Origin: Ostrea edulis
Lineage: Eukaryota
Direction: 5' to 3'
Assembly: GCF_947568905.1 (NCBI RefSeq)
Contig: NC_079164.1
Coordinates: 25,606,001-25,670,000 of the forward strand
Length of the DNA stretch: 64,000 nucleotides
Shown in pieces: positions 48,946 through 63,259 of this stretch (its first letter is position 1; every line of letters begins with the position of its first letter). Position numbers and translations under genes: made by a program. Under the pieces are notes generated by a model that saw only the letters and a program-made list of their open reading frames with translations, had not been told where the DNA came from and made no database searches.

Positions 48946-49064
48946 GCATGACGATTAAATACAGATTGCTATCATAGAAACATAAGGCATGTTTGATGTA
49001 ATTAAAGCATGAGATGTTTCTTTTAACTTTTGCCGTTAATTCCCAGCTCTTTCCCTGCCTACAT

Positions 49065-49345
49065 TTTACAGAATTTGCGAAATGCTGATTTTAAACGAGA
49101 CTGTTGAAACAATGCATTGTAACATCAAACTATTTGTCGTTAGTCTACCTCGATTTAAAAAACTGTTCATACGCATAACATGTTCATAAGCATCGAATCA
49201 GTTGAGAGACATAAACACCATATGTAGGTGATGATGGAATATTGTTATATAAAGATGGTAGGTTGACGATGGAGAAGCTGAAATCATCCCCTTTACCATA
49301 AAGTTGAGTTGTTAGTCTACCGTCAATATCCATGTTCAACAACCT
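49065..49345 (-). mobile_element. Penelope-like RT fragment (copy of 26865-27140)
   Basis: LTTQLYGKGDDFSFSIVNLPSLYNNIPSSPTYGVYVSQLIR. Confidence 0.8.
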
Positions 49346-50997
49346 AATTTTGATGCAATTCATCAAATCGGCCACTAAGATTTTAAGATATTCTAAACTA
49401 GTTCCATGAAACACGAAAAATGTAAGATGAAATATTTTAAACAAAATCAAGAAACAATTCGAGTACTCACTTTAAAAAACATTAACCACTACACGAGTAA
49501 CGTGTGTTCAGCAGAGGGTTGATATTTATCAGTGGACACGTACCCGGTTACACCAAGGATTTTGCAATACATATTTCACAAAAATGTTTCTTGTCTACTA
49601 AGCAAGAAATGAATTTATTCAATACATTTACGATGATTACGATGATTATTCAACATGGATTTAATTTAACATAATCCTTCAATTCCTTAAATCTATAGTC
49701 CCGAGACAATGGGCTTTTACCAATGGTTCAGTCAAGTGACCTAATGTATCTTACCAGCTGATGTCTCCAGCTCACTTTGACACTGGGGTACAGACTCTTT
49801 TTTTTTTTTTTTTTTTTTTTTTAGACATTATTGCCAAGTGTCAAAGCTACGATGGTTAATCAGCTAGCCAACATAAACCGTAAGGCTTATTCAGCCCTAA
49901 TGTAGCCTTATACTTACAAAGGATCGGCTTTTCTGCGTCTCTTTTGTGGACATTTCTGCTTCGTTGTGGAGATCAGACAAAATGATCTGCGGTCGACCAA
50001 TATATAAATAGCATTTCCCGAACTTATTTCACTGCAAGGGAAACATGTTATCAAACATGATTGGATGAAGTTCAAAAAGTGAAACATTATTTATTCTCAA
50101 ATCATATAACAGTATCATGTGTATGTGAAAATTCTATTAGTTTTACACAAGATATTTTATTATTAAAATGCAGTTAAGCCCTCTTGTTCTCATCAGGACG
50201 AAATGGGGACTTAAAAGCGACCAACATATTTTTTTCACGCCCCTCTAAATTGAAATCCACAATTCGCCCTTGCTCATTGGAAAATTTGCATTGAAAATGC
50301 TTAAATTCACCATCATGATGGTACGCAGATTGAGTAAATGAATATTATTAGATTTTGAGTTTCAATAGATTGCAGAACCAAACTTGCTTCACAAATGTGC
50401 TGAATGTGTCATAGAATGAAATGGCAAGACATACCCTGTATCTATATCATATGATGATGGCAATATTACTCGCTGGATTAGCTATACTGCGGATGTTTTC
50501 AACTCTGATTTGCACGTCGCGGATCTTAAGCAAAGCAATAACCGAATATACATGCATATAAATATTTGCGGCTGTAGCATATTGAAACCAACTTAAATTA
50601 TTCTAATCAATTCATTTATTTACTTACATTGTGATATCTGGAATGTTATAATGAGTTGTTTCTATAATTCATACACTGTCATTACGGGGAATACTTGTAC
50701 AAGATACGTATAAAATCGTTAATTCATAATATTTATTTAATAACGAATAAAAATGAAACGTATTAATTGAAATTATAAAGAGTTACTTGTATATTTATAC
50801 ATATCTCTAAAAATCTTTAATCAGAGCTTTTATAGTATATCAGTGTGTACAATTTTACCAAAACAACAGAGGATCATAAGATAATACGAAACTGGAAGAA
50901 ATTGCTAATATCTGCTATATGTAAAACTTTTACATTTTACATTTACGTTATTTGCATTTAGACTAGTCAGATTCCCAACATTATCTACGTTGCAGTA

Positions 50998-51520
50998 GCA
51001 TGTCAAGAACGGCCTGACAATTGGTTTGAAACACGTCCGACAACATTCGACCTAACGACACGTTGTATTTGTAGATTTACATCATGGTAACGATCATAGA
51101 ATATTCTAAATGCTGACTTTAAACCAAACCTTGGAAACCCTTGTAACATCATCTTACTTGTCAGTAGCCTGAATCGATTGAAAAAAACAGATGAAACCCT
51201 AATCATTCATGCGTATCGAATCAATCGAGAGATATGAACACGATTTGCAAGTGGCAATGGAATATTGCTACATAAATATAGGAAGTTAGCGATGTTAAAG
51301 CTGAAGTAACCTCACTTGTCATAAAGTTGAGTTGTTAGTTTGCCGTTAACATCCATGTTCAATAACATCTCTAAGTACAATTCTGAAATGGGAGACTCTG
51401 TAGTGCCTTTTATTTCGCATTCACTGAGAGATATCGAATTAGTAATAGATAAACGTCATCGTTATACTGGTTGCAGATCTATCTGTAGATTTGAAGGCCA
51501 CAGCAAGAATTCTTTCTTCT
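50998..51520 (-). mobile_element. Penelope-like RT 3' fragment
   Basis: LLTSKMMLQGFPRFGLKSAFRIFYDRY; mostly absent at the matching position in unit 1 (~31435). Confidence 0.75.
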
Positions 51521-54129
51521 CGTATGCAAGGTTTATGATATAATAATCATATAGTTGGTCACACCTCTCGTAATCAAACATTTGTGGATCAGATTAGACA
51601 CAGTGGCATATGGAATATATAGCCAGTGTAACAGTTCATAAGTATGTCCAGTATTTAGACCATTATGACAGTGAATGACTGAATGTGCCGTTATGTAAGC
51701 ATTAATTGTTTTAAAATCAGAAATAGATGACAATAAATGATTTGATAGAGCAGCAACTTACATGTACGATTTTCATCCACCACTTCAGAACTAGGATATC
51801 CGCTATGTACCTAAACCATACACTAGGTCATTGTCTACAATATTCCAGGACTTCTGAATTGATTTTATCATAAATTTACAGTCCGGATTTGCCTCCCGCG
51901 CATTTGATGAAGTTTTCAGTTGACGTGGTAGAAGATCTGGTTGAAACGAAATACAAATTGATCAACTTGCTGAAACTTCTTCTGAAAATGCATTTATCTT
52001 GTGTACATCATCTAATCAAAACTAGCGATATTGTGTTAACAACATGCACACATTTAAGTACATGGTAGGTGTCTTGAAAGATATGCAATATTTAGACCAT
52101 TGAAAGAAAATATTATAGCGAACGACGTTTGACAAGTCCTGTTCGTGTTTTCGACCCGAGATCAAATATCAATTATCTTTCAATACAGTTACAATCAATT
52201 GAGTTTATTGTAGATCACAATATCAAGTTAATGCAGTAAGGGAATATATTATAAACAATGGAAGCACGGGTTTCGTGTAAGATAAGATAATACAAGTTAC
52301 AGATACCGATACGTCCATTTTTCTAACTGACAACAAATGTATAACCTCGACTCATGGTAGCATACGAGAGCAATAATTTCCAGAGGAGCGATGGAGTTCT
52401 GGTGATGTCTGTCGATAAGTGTCTGATAGGCTTTGATTTCAAATTGAATTTAAAGACTCCCTGATTGCACACTGGAAAGCAGTGCTTTGCCGTTGTGGAG
52501 GATCCAATACACTGACTTAGGATCTAGTAAATCGTCCCTGTGTGTAAGTATTGTACATATTGTGGTTACCATATGATAATGCTCAAACTAATTCAGCAAC
52601 CCAAGTACTGTACTCAGTACCTGAAGGATGTCATACACTGACCAATAATCTAGTAGATTGTCCCTATGTAAGTACTTACAGTGGTTACTATATACTGTAT
52701 TCAGACTAAGTCAGCAACCAAAACATTGTACTCAGCACCTGTAGGATAGAGAAGAATGAAAACATGATTTTTTATTAATATTCATAAAACTTCGTCTTGA
52801 ATTTAACTGCAGAATTGGCAGTCTGTAGCTAAACGGTCAAATATTTTGGAATGGGTGAACTAGATATTAAATTGCCACCAAATCGATGCGTATGTATTAG
52901 CTGCAATAATGTAGCCCTTTCCGATTTTGGTTGTTTGTTTGTTTGTTTTTGTTTGTTTTGTTTTGTTGTTGTTGTTTTTTGGAATGGAGGCTAGAACTTA
53001 GGATCTTCGTAATGGTGCAGATGCTGGAGTGATCATAAAGTGATTCATCCCCGCAACATTTTCGATCATTCTAAACATTTTCTGACTTTCTTTACGTAAA
53101 TAAAATGACATTCTATATTTCTTAGTCCATATATAAATTTACAACCTGCACATTACAATTTGTGAGGTTCTATTCTACCTTTTTAACAATTCAGACATAT
53201 TCCAATTTCTCGATTAATTTATATTATGCGCCATGTTTGAGCTGAACTTCCGGTTGTCAAGTTACATGTAATTGCATATTCCGATATAAGATCATATAAG
53301 ATAGTTTTACATCATGGACGATTACGGAGGAGAAAGCTATTTTGTCGGCATTGAAAGGGTTCAGATTTGAAATCAAGTTAAAAACGAACAGCAGATTGTA
53401 TTTTTTTTTTCTGCCACCGTATGGTTTTCTTTATTTTGTCGGAATGGCTCAAGTAACTACATTTTCGAGCTGATTGTCAATGTTTAGGTTTTTCAGTAGA
53501 TCCACCTACGAGATCTCTTGATAATAGACGAAGAAGTTTTTAAAAACACCTTTATTAGACGTGGCCAAGCACTGAGTTGGTACTCATTTTAGTGTAAACA
53601 TTGGAGACAAGTATTCGGAGCTTATTATCGGTCATTCATAAAAATATTTTGCACCATTACGATCATTCTATGACATTGTAGCCCCCTCCCGAAAATGTCA
53701 GAATAAAAAAATAGGAGATGGCTACATTATTGCAGCTAGATAGATATGTGTTAAAATGACACCAAAATATGATTTCTAACCCAGCGTTTACATCATTTTT
53801 GTATTATCATTAAACCAATTATAAAATATCTTAAAATCAATAAGAAATTTTACGTAACGTTTTCTTATTTAACAGTATATTATATATATTATATATAAAT
53901 CAGGAAATTGTTGTGTAAGAAGTATAGCAATAGTGCAAATATCAGCATAATAATTTCGTAAAAAGCAAAAACCCATGGTGTCACCTTAATGACTATGACG
54001 CAGGGCGGCCTAGTGGATCCTCCCTACCAATACAAACAATCTAACCCTTAAAAAAATAACAACTAAATAAATAATTACCAGAAGAGTGACGAGAGTTGTG
54101 TTGATGCCTGTTCATGTGTATCTGATAGG

Positions 54130-54575
54130 CAAATTTTATGGTCGTTATGGTCGTTGTAACGATCTGATTTACCAGTACAGCTTGTCATTGGGTAAAATGC
54201 TGTGTGGCCAATTGAGGTCGTTCTTTGCATACTGATTACGAACAGTGATCAATCTCATAATTTCCATAAAGAATACGCAATTAAGAGTACGACAAAGCAC
54301 GAACACCTGGACACATCCCAGAGGTGGGATAAGGCGTCTAGTAGAAGTAAGCATTCCCTGTTGACCGGTCACACCCGCCATGAGCTCTCTATCTTGATCA
54401 GGTAAACTGAACTGAATAAATTAGGAAGGTGAAGATAACGAATAGTTATCAACCTCATAACTCCTATAAGCAATACAAAATAGAGAGTTGGGCTAGCACG
54501 GACCCCTGGATATACCAGAGATGGGTGCCTAGGAGGAGTAAACATCCCCTGTTGATCGCCCACTTCCGCTGTGAG
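54130..54575 (-). mobile_element. Two Penelope-like 3' end fragments (copy of 34640-35135)
   Basis: Family 3' UTR, reverse complement. Confidence 0.75.
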
Positions 54576-55936
54576 CACTATGTTTTCATCGGATAAACGG
54601 AGTATTTTTTCATTGATGGAAGTACATTATGTGTACCACGAACCCCCCCCCCCCCCCCCCGAAAACTGTATCATTGCGGATAGCGCATGTAGTTAAGTTT
54701 CCTGGAGGGTTGTCACAGCTTCCAAAGGTAGATATAAGAGAGTGTTGTAAAAGGTAATGCAAGTTTTGAAGGTGAATTGCTAAGACATTGCTTTTGATGG
54801 TCATTGCAGTGCCTGTTTTAAATTCGTACGGAAACTTCGTTCCCATGTCCACTCATGAACGTAATATGCCGGAGTTCGAAACCGTCGTCGTTAGAGGTTT
54901 GAATATTGCAGTCGCTCTGAGGCAGTGTTCGATGTATTTTGAGAACCAGAATTTCTAGAAATGTCAGAACCGCTACGGTTCAAATGACAGACATTACCGT
55001 GAACCACACATTCTCTTGTTGTGGAGACACCAGTGCAGCTTTTAAACAGTGATTCGTGTCTGTGACATGACGAAGTTGTCGCAGGGTGTAAACTGGACAA
55101 TTGTCATCCCCGGCTGAGTACATGTGACTATCAGAATTGCAGAAGCAGACGTGTGCTATTTCTTTTTCTATTTTCAAATAGTCATTTTATTTTATTTTGC
55201 ATAATTATTTGCTTACTTATTATTTATATTCGATATTTGTTTGTTTCTGTTGAATAAATTTATTTAGAGCGATAGAATTGTTAAGTTTTTCTGTATTCAA
55301 CTGTATGTAATAAGACACTTATAAGAACCTTTTAGTATCCAAGATATACTCTTCAAAAATTTAAAACAAAAGACAATCTCTTTAAAACGTAGACATTTTC
55401 ACCATATAGATAAAGGAACAGCAAGTTGCATGTCATTGATAGATGAGATTAGATTAAATCTATTATGAGTAAACTCAGGACATTTGAAGAAAAATTGACA
55501 AGCATTTTCAGTATGGTGACAACAAATGGAATTATCTCCTAAGAAGTGATCTGTATGATCTGCATTTAGATTGCTTGCATTGTTTTTATGTTGACAATAC
55601 AAAATGTTTCCTTTGCGTTTACCAGAATCAAAAAGTTTACTAGATTGTAAGCAATATAATTTTTAAAGCAGTTTTAAATGATGAAAGTGATATACATCTA
55701 TCTTCGTATTGTAATGGATGTGTGCAGGCTGATATATAAACTTCCCGTTAAAATACTCACATCATTATTAAGTTTGGTTTTATTTCTGAATGTTGTTGAT
55801 GCAGGAAATTCCGGAAAATTGCAATTAAATTGCATAATGCTAAGAGTACAATATCTATGATGAAACCAAATTGAATTTGAATATAAACATGCACATTTGG
55901 ATGTAAAACCTTTCGAGATCTTGCTATAGCTTACAT

Positions 55937-55964
55937 GCAAGGTGAAGATAACGAACAGTGAACA
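55937..55964 (-). mobile_element. 28-bp 5'-truncated Penelope-like insertion with 6-bp TSD (TTACAT)
   Basis: TTACAT[GCAAGGTGAAGATAACGAACAGTGAACA]TTACAT; the matching site upstream of gene D (~36490) has a single TTACAT. Confidence 0.85.
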
Positions 55965-55999
55965 TTACATATAATGTTTGACATATAGAAACAATAGTT

Positions 56000-56523
56000 A
56001 TGTATACATGTAATTTAATCGTATGTGTTATTTTGACCGCGATTCCGGTATATAATTCTACAGCAGGATGTAACATAAACGGGTAAGTAACCATGCTATT
56101 TATGACAGCTGGAGATTATTCTTCTATCAACTTCAAATGTATACTGCACATATTTAATTGTATCAATTCATACTGTGCTGTATGTTGCATGGCCTTTATT
56201 TACTTTCATAAGTTTGTAGGTGAGTTTGAGTTTTACATTACAATGTACATTTGTCATATGTTACATATATGCTTGGGAGGTGTGGCAGTTCATACAATTG
56301 TAACGGATAGAAAATAAGAAGCGAGAATTTAAGGAGTAATTTACGTCTTCTGCAAGTCTTTCAAGTGCCGATTTTCTGTGGTTTTGTAATATACAGATGT
56401 GCCAGGAATATTTTGTTGGTTTTCAAGGAATTCTAAATCGGTTAATTTTATCGACATTATCAACACCTGGCATATTAGCGAATTGAATTGAATGGTAAAT
56501 GAAATTCAATTTGCGCTTACGGC

Positions 56524-56579
<56 letters not shown>

Positions 56580-57265
56580 AAGACAACTAGAAAAACCACA
56601 AAAACTCAAAAGTTCCATGTTCATTTTGACCATACATGTATTTTATTGTGTAGAAGTAGGCAGAGCATACATAGACCTTCTCCTGAGGTAGACGATGATA
56701 AAATTTTAACATTATCAATCAAATCAGTTGCAAGTCTAGCAGAAATATCAAGAATAGCTAAAAGTACATATAACGTTAACTCGATATCTATAACAAGCAC
56801 AAGAAAATATAAGTATCTATGACTTACATGTAATGATAAAAAGGGTTAGATATAACCGCGTTTACATAAATTGTATCTTTATACATTACGGCAAATGTAG
56901 CTATTTTCATTCCAGGTCTAACCCATGTGGAGAAAATTCCAGATTGTTGGAATCTGGAAAATGTGAAGGTAAATGCAATCCTAAATTTTAAAAACATGAC
57001 TCCATCAGAGAAGCGTACTAGATTGCCGCGCAGTTAAAAGGTTTTATATCAAATCTAATAAGGTACCTCTTTTGAGGAAAGGTATAGATATATTTCTTCT
57101 TTCCAGCTTGCGAGGCTGGTAGATATGGTTGTAACTGCTCTCTACTCTGTGCTAACAATACATTTGGTGTAGGCTGTTACTCCACATGTAACTGTTCTGC
57201 TGATGAGATTTGTGATCCCGCAACAGGATGCACTAGCAACACCAATGTTTCCTCATATACTACAG
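56000..57265 (+). CDS. Gene E exons 1-3 (class II ectodomain); TM and tail exons presumably beyond the window
   Basis: Exons 56000-56082 and 56916-56968 are identical to gene D; 57107-57265 has 5 nt differences from D. GT-AG sites intact. Confidence 0.82.
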
Positions 57266-57391
57266 GTAAATTTCTCTATAAACATTTATATAACAGAGTT
57301 ATGAAACGGGTAATATTTTATATTAGTTGAACAACATATTGATTTCCCTATGAGCTATACAATAGATTTCCAGAGTTAGACAACATATTTC

Positions 57392-57885
57392 CCCATGTGC
57401 TATGTAACAGGTAGATTTCCCATGTGTTATATAACGGGTAGCTTTCCTATGAGTGATATAACAGATACATTTCCCATGAGTGATATAACAGGCAGATTTC
57501 CCATGAGTGATATAACGGGTAGATTTCCCATGCGTTATATAACGGGTAGCTTTCCGATGCGTTATATAACAGGTAGATTTTCCATGCGTGATATAACGGG
57601 TAGATTTCCCATGCGTTATGTAACAGGTAGATTTTCCATGCGTTATATAACGGGTATATTTCCCAAGCGTTATACAACGGGTAGATCTCCCATACGTTCT
57701 ATAACGGGTAGATTTCCCACACGTTATATAACAGGTAGATTTCTCATGTGTTATATAACGGGTAGATTTCTCTTGCGTTATATAACGGGTAGATTTCCCA
57801 TGCGTTATAAAACGGGTACCTTTTCAATGCGTTATATAACAGGTAGATTTTCCATGCGTTATATAACGGATAGATTTTCGCTGTG
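57392..57885 (+). repeat. 27-bp minisatellite (~18 units) in gene E intron 3
   Basis: Same consensus as 37886-38570. Confidence 0.95.
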
Positions 57886-58170
57886 AGTTATACAACATGT
57901 ATCCCCATGACTTATACAACAGGCAGATTTCCCTATGAGCACATTATCCTATTAGTTACAATTAGAATGGTGATTATATTTTCTCTAAATATACAAAACT
58001 TGAAGTAAAACCCTCGTTGAGCAACCTGATTTGGAGACCAAAACCACTAGATACCGATATTTTCTTTTTCAAAAGTATTCTATGAATTATTAAAATTGAT
58101 TTTGTAAGTTAATAGATGATATAATAATTTTGTTACGTTTTACCGATTTCGTGGCAACATATACATTATC

Positions 58171-58660
58171 AAAGGTGGGGATAACGAACAGTATTCAATT
58201 CCGTAACTCCTATAAGCAATACAAAAAATAGCGAGTTAAGGAAACAAGGACTCTTGGACACACCACAGACGGGATCAGGTGTCTAGGAGGAGTAAGCATC
58301 CCCTGTCGACCGGTCACACCCACCGTGAGCCCTATCTCTTGCTCAGGTAAACGGAGTGATCCGTAGTCAAAATCACTGTGCCAAGAACAGCCCAACAATC
58401 GGTATGAAACAAGTGAGGCAGCATTTGACCGAATGAAAGCTTGTATTGGCCAACTGCATCGTTATAACGACCATAAAATTTGCGAAAAGCTGACTTTAAA
58501 CGAGACTGTTGAAACCCCTGCACCATCAATTTGTTTGTCAGTAGATTTCCTCGATTTTTAGTTTACCACTAATAGCTATCCAAGTATGAAGCAGATGTGG
58601 AAGACTCATGGAGTTTTTCATCTCGAGTTCACAGAGATATATCAAATCGACATTCGAATG
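58171..58660 (-). mobile_element. Penelope-like 3' fragment (copy of 38857-39345)
   Basis: MMVQGFQQSRLKSAFRKFYGRYND.. plus 3' UTR. Confidence 0.85.
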
Positions 58661-58725
58661 AAAATGGTTGTTTTGTCCTCATCTAGAAATTTTTGAATTA
58701 AAGCTGACATGAATTAATAAATATA

Positions 58726-60164
58726 TACTACTCAAAATTTGATAAGGATCATAGATATTTTTCTGTTTAGAAATTTAATAACTGCATAACTGGCAATATT
58801 GTGTCCAAGCGAAATAAAAAACGTCTTCAACAAACTCGCACGTGCATTTCATGCCATGGGAAATGCGTTGCTCATCACAGTTTATGCTTTTGCTACCATT
58901 GCATGATTTTCACTCAGGCATCGGTGTCTGATTCTTTATAAAATTTTAAACTCACTTGAGTGTTTACACTACGTTTATCAACACAATGCTCCCTCAACGT
59001 GTAAGGCGTCGCCTGACGATAGAACAACTGGGCAGATGTATTGGAATGCCTGACGCTGGCTATTCACAACATGACGTTGCAAATGCACTGAACGTCAGTC
59101 AGAGCGTTGTAAATATGGCCTGGAACCGACAGCAAAGTTTTGGTACAGCAGCACACCGACATGGGGTGGTCGTCAGAGGTCGACAACCCAACGCCAAGAC
59201 CATTTGGTGGTTCTTCAGGCACGACGCCATCCCTTCGGGACAGCAACCAGCGTACGTAACGATCTCCTGAACGCCTCGGGGATGAATGTCTCCACTCAGA
59301 CGATACGGAATCAGCTTCACAATGCAGGTCTCAACTCGAGAAGGGCACCTGTTCGAGTCCCTCTGACTGTTCGACACCTGCGGGAGCGATTGGACTGGGC
59401 TGAAGATCATGTCACTTGGACACAGAACGATTGGGTTCAAGTTCTGTTCACAGATGAGTCCGGGTATTGTTTGGACTTTACAGACAGGAGGCACCGAGTG
59501 TGGCGACGACAACGTGAACGTTTCCATGATACCAACATCAGTGAACATGACTGTTATGGTGGTGGTTCCATCATGGTCTGGAGTGGAATCAGCAGGGATG
59601 GAAGAACAGATCTTCATGTCACGGAGAGAGGAACAATGCCGGGGGTGCGGTACCGGGATGAGATCCTCGATGTTTACGTCAGACCCTACGCTGGTGCTGT
59701 TGGCCCTGAGTCCATCCTGATGGATGCTGCAGGTTACCCTTTCACACCGTAGAGCACAACCCACGACTTTGGAAGAGCTCAGAAACGCCCTCGTGGAAGA
59801 GTGGAACAACCTTCCCATTGGAAACATCCGGGTGCTTATTGACACCATGTCTCGACGTTTTCAAGCCGTCATTGATGCAAGGGGAGGCCGGTATTGGCAC
59901 TTCATCGACTAAGTGTAATGATGGACTATCCCCAAAAACTCTGTAATTCTTTCTCTGGGTTGCTGTTACCTTTTTGTAATGAAATGCGTTCTGGTGTTGT
60001 TATCAGATTTCAAGCATTCCTTATCGATCAAAGTGTATGCCGTTCATGAATTTTCATTCATAACCTGAGTAAACACATTTCTGAGTCAAATTTATGTCTT
60101 TTGTTATGTTAGTGGTAAATTACACAATTATAACCTAGTGATCCTTATCAAATTTTGAGTAGTA
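58726..60164 (+). mobile_element. Tc1 element with perfect TIRs but defective transposase
   Basis: TA|TACTACTCAAAATTTGATAAGGATCA ... TGATCCTTATCAAATTTTGAGTAGTA|TA. 1-bp deletion at ~59165; ~122-bp deletion at ~59727 removes the second D to E segment. Confidence 0.93.
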
Positions 60165-61078
60165 TAATATAATTCTATAAGTCCGCCAAATTTCTTTGCT
60201 AATCCGCCATATTATTTGGATATTCTATTGTTATATGTATCGGGGTTCGCATGGTATATAAGGGGATGAGTATCTACGCTTCACTTCATATCAGTGTCTT
60301 CGATTTACCTGTGTGGGTAGCTTCGACAGGTAACACGTACATCTCCGATACTAATTTATAGGACATCAAAACGAAATGAAATCAAGTTTTGGAACACCAC
60401 GCAGTGCTAAAATTTATAATAAGCATATCGCATAGTAGTAAATTATTCTAGAGGTTTGGATAAATAAATATAGAATGCCTTTTCTTTACGTGAATGTTCG
60501 TACATTTGCAGTAAATATGTCAAAACTATACAAAAAAGTCGGAGAAATATTTCATCTATCATCTATTGATAAAATGGAATAAGCAAAGGGTATAAAATTT
60601 ATATCATTCACACTTCAAGAAAAAAGCAAATACATAAATACTACTTTACTTATGCACGCGACATGTATGCTCGCCATGAAAATGCATCGAATGCGGACGA
60701 TTATTTACCTGGGTCTACTCGTAACATATGTAAAGGATCGCAGATGTACGTGTACACTTGTCGAAAATACTCAAAGTAGTAGTAAAACTCCCTTTATTTG
60801 CATAATCCATGAAACAAAACGATAAACTTCATTTGTATTTGTACAGTAAATGTCATTGCCCATTGTACGGACTGCGACACACTTAGCTCGTGCCGATCAG
60901 CTATCTTCGATCAGGGGAAGTATGAGAGTATAATATTTACCCTGTATTGTGCATGAATCTTTATATCACATGGCTTACTGGTCAGAGTATTGCAGATTTA
61001 TAAATCAGGAAATTATTTAGGTACATAAATTGTTTATGCATATATAATTTGCATATATAACACTGTACGAGTGCATGG

Positions 61079-61122
<44 letters not shown>

Positions 61123-63202
61123 TTCAACCGGTGATCTTGTAATAATCACGCTTTTATCAAGACAAATTATATCGTTAATTCAATAAAATAGAACCGTAAC
61201 TCAATATTGTTCTCATTGATAGATAATACAGATTTATTTTATTCATTTAAAGCACACAATAATTAAAGATTAAACATATCTTTAGATAATGTTATTTTCA
61301 ATTACTTCATTTTATGCTAATTTGGCATTCAATAGATTTTTTATATATCTATGCTATTTTGCATTATTGCATTCTGCGTTGAACTCGACGCAAATTAATT
61401 ATACTAATGCAAAATGCAATAATTGAGTTTATCATATTATGCGTCGCTATCAAACACATAGAATCAAGGTGAGGGGACAAGAGTGACTATCCCCCACCTT
61501 TAATAACAATATCCATTATTTGTTATTTTGTAATGCAAATAAAAGATATATTGGGTGACAACCCCTCCCCCCACTTGACCCCAGCTTAAACGTTCTGATA
61601 TAATAGTAGAAGACACACACCACCACCAATTAAGAAAATGAAGATATTATGAGGTACTCATAGTAGAGGACTCTAACCACCCCATCCCACCCCCAACGAT
61701 TGAAGAAAATGAAGTGTAGGGGGAAATTATTGAGGCAGTCAAAGTAAAAGACTCGTTAACCCTTCACACCCACATTAGGACTGAACATCGGACCAAACAT
61801 CTTGGTTTTTTTTTTTATTACTGTTTTCGTTCATCTTTTTAAACTCTTATTTCGAAAGGCAAGAAATTTTGAAGAATCCATTTTTCCAATTTATTTCTTC
61901 CTGTTGTATCCCTTCCAACATGAAAAATGACAATACATGTCTGGTTATTACATGTACATTTTGCTTTGCAACATATGCATGTATACTGATTGTATGGTGT
62001 AGAATTGCACCCTTTACCAAGTTTTCCTTCATTTATGCAGTGTAAGGAATGGTAAACTAAAATCACAAAACAAAATGCATAAAGACCAAGAATTTTTTAA
62101 ACGTAGGAACTTCATTCACGAATACATAAATACATGTCTTCAGAAAAATCGCATGCATGCATTGCAGGACTATATCATATGTGTGTTTTAACGTTTCTAT
62201 AACATGCCATAATGATTACTTTCAGGCTTGAGTGTAATTTATTCATAAATATTTTCATTTCGTAGATCTGGCGCAATGGATATATACTGAAAATATACAT
62301 ACCTCTGTACGTCGAAATTTCAAATTCAAATGTATTCGATATATATAAGATGTTAGTATTCATAAATCAGTAAAATTCGTGTCGAGGTTTTATTTGATAT
62401 GATAGTGTCAATATACTGTAATGCATTAGTAAGATATGCAAAAGACAAGATAATAAACATTTTCTTTTTTCATTATTAGTATCAATATCTATATGATCAC
62501 GAAAAAACATGATATAATTTATATCCGGATTCATATACCGATTTAGATATCAATAAAAACAAAGCTGCATAGTTTGGGGAGGGGATTCTAATGGGTCTGA
62601 TGAAATTAAAAGAAGGAACCCCATATTTACATTCAAACTAGATGTATTTCAAAATGATTTCATTTCTGCTCTTACTGAAAGCATATGCATGATTGTAAAG
62701 TCGGGAACGAATCTTACATACAAAATAATTAATAGGGGAACACATAAATTCGATTTCCTTTGGAATTTAATGAAATGCAGGTATGCCCATTTCTTTTAAC
62801 ACGAATGAATATGTTGTTTTAGGCACGTATACAGGGGGTTGGGTGGGCAGGGAGGCTGGTCTGCTTTCCCCCACGTTTTTGACAATTTACTTCTTTCCGT
62901 TATTCTAACATACAAAGTCAGTATTTTCTACATGCGCAGTTCAAAGCAAGGTGAAGACAACGAACAGTGATTAATCTCATAACTCCTACAAGCAATACAA
63001 AATAGATAGTTTGGCAAACAAAACTATTATTTTAAATATTGTAATGAATTCAATTATAAGCATCAACTCCTGTAAGTTTCCAATATATTGTAATTCACAA
63101 ATTTTTAAATAGCTGGAAATTTTTAATGCTTGTAAGCTTACATTTATATCAGTAATCGATTTTCTTTCCTTCTGTGAAATGATATATTGTACGTACAAGT
63201 AA

Positions 63203-63259
<57 letters not shown>

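Noticed and set aside
59099-59848. Antisense and alternative-frame ORFs over the Tc1 copies (also 28450-28815, 39935-40426)
   Set aside because: Shadow ORFs of the GC-balanced transposase gene; no independent domain evident.
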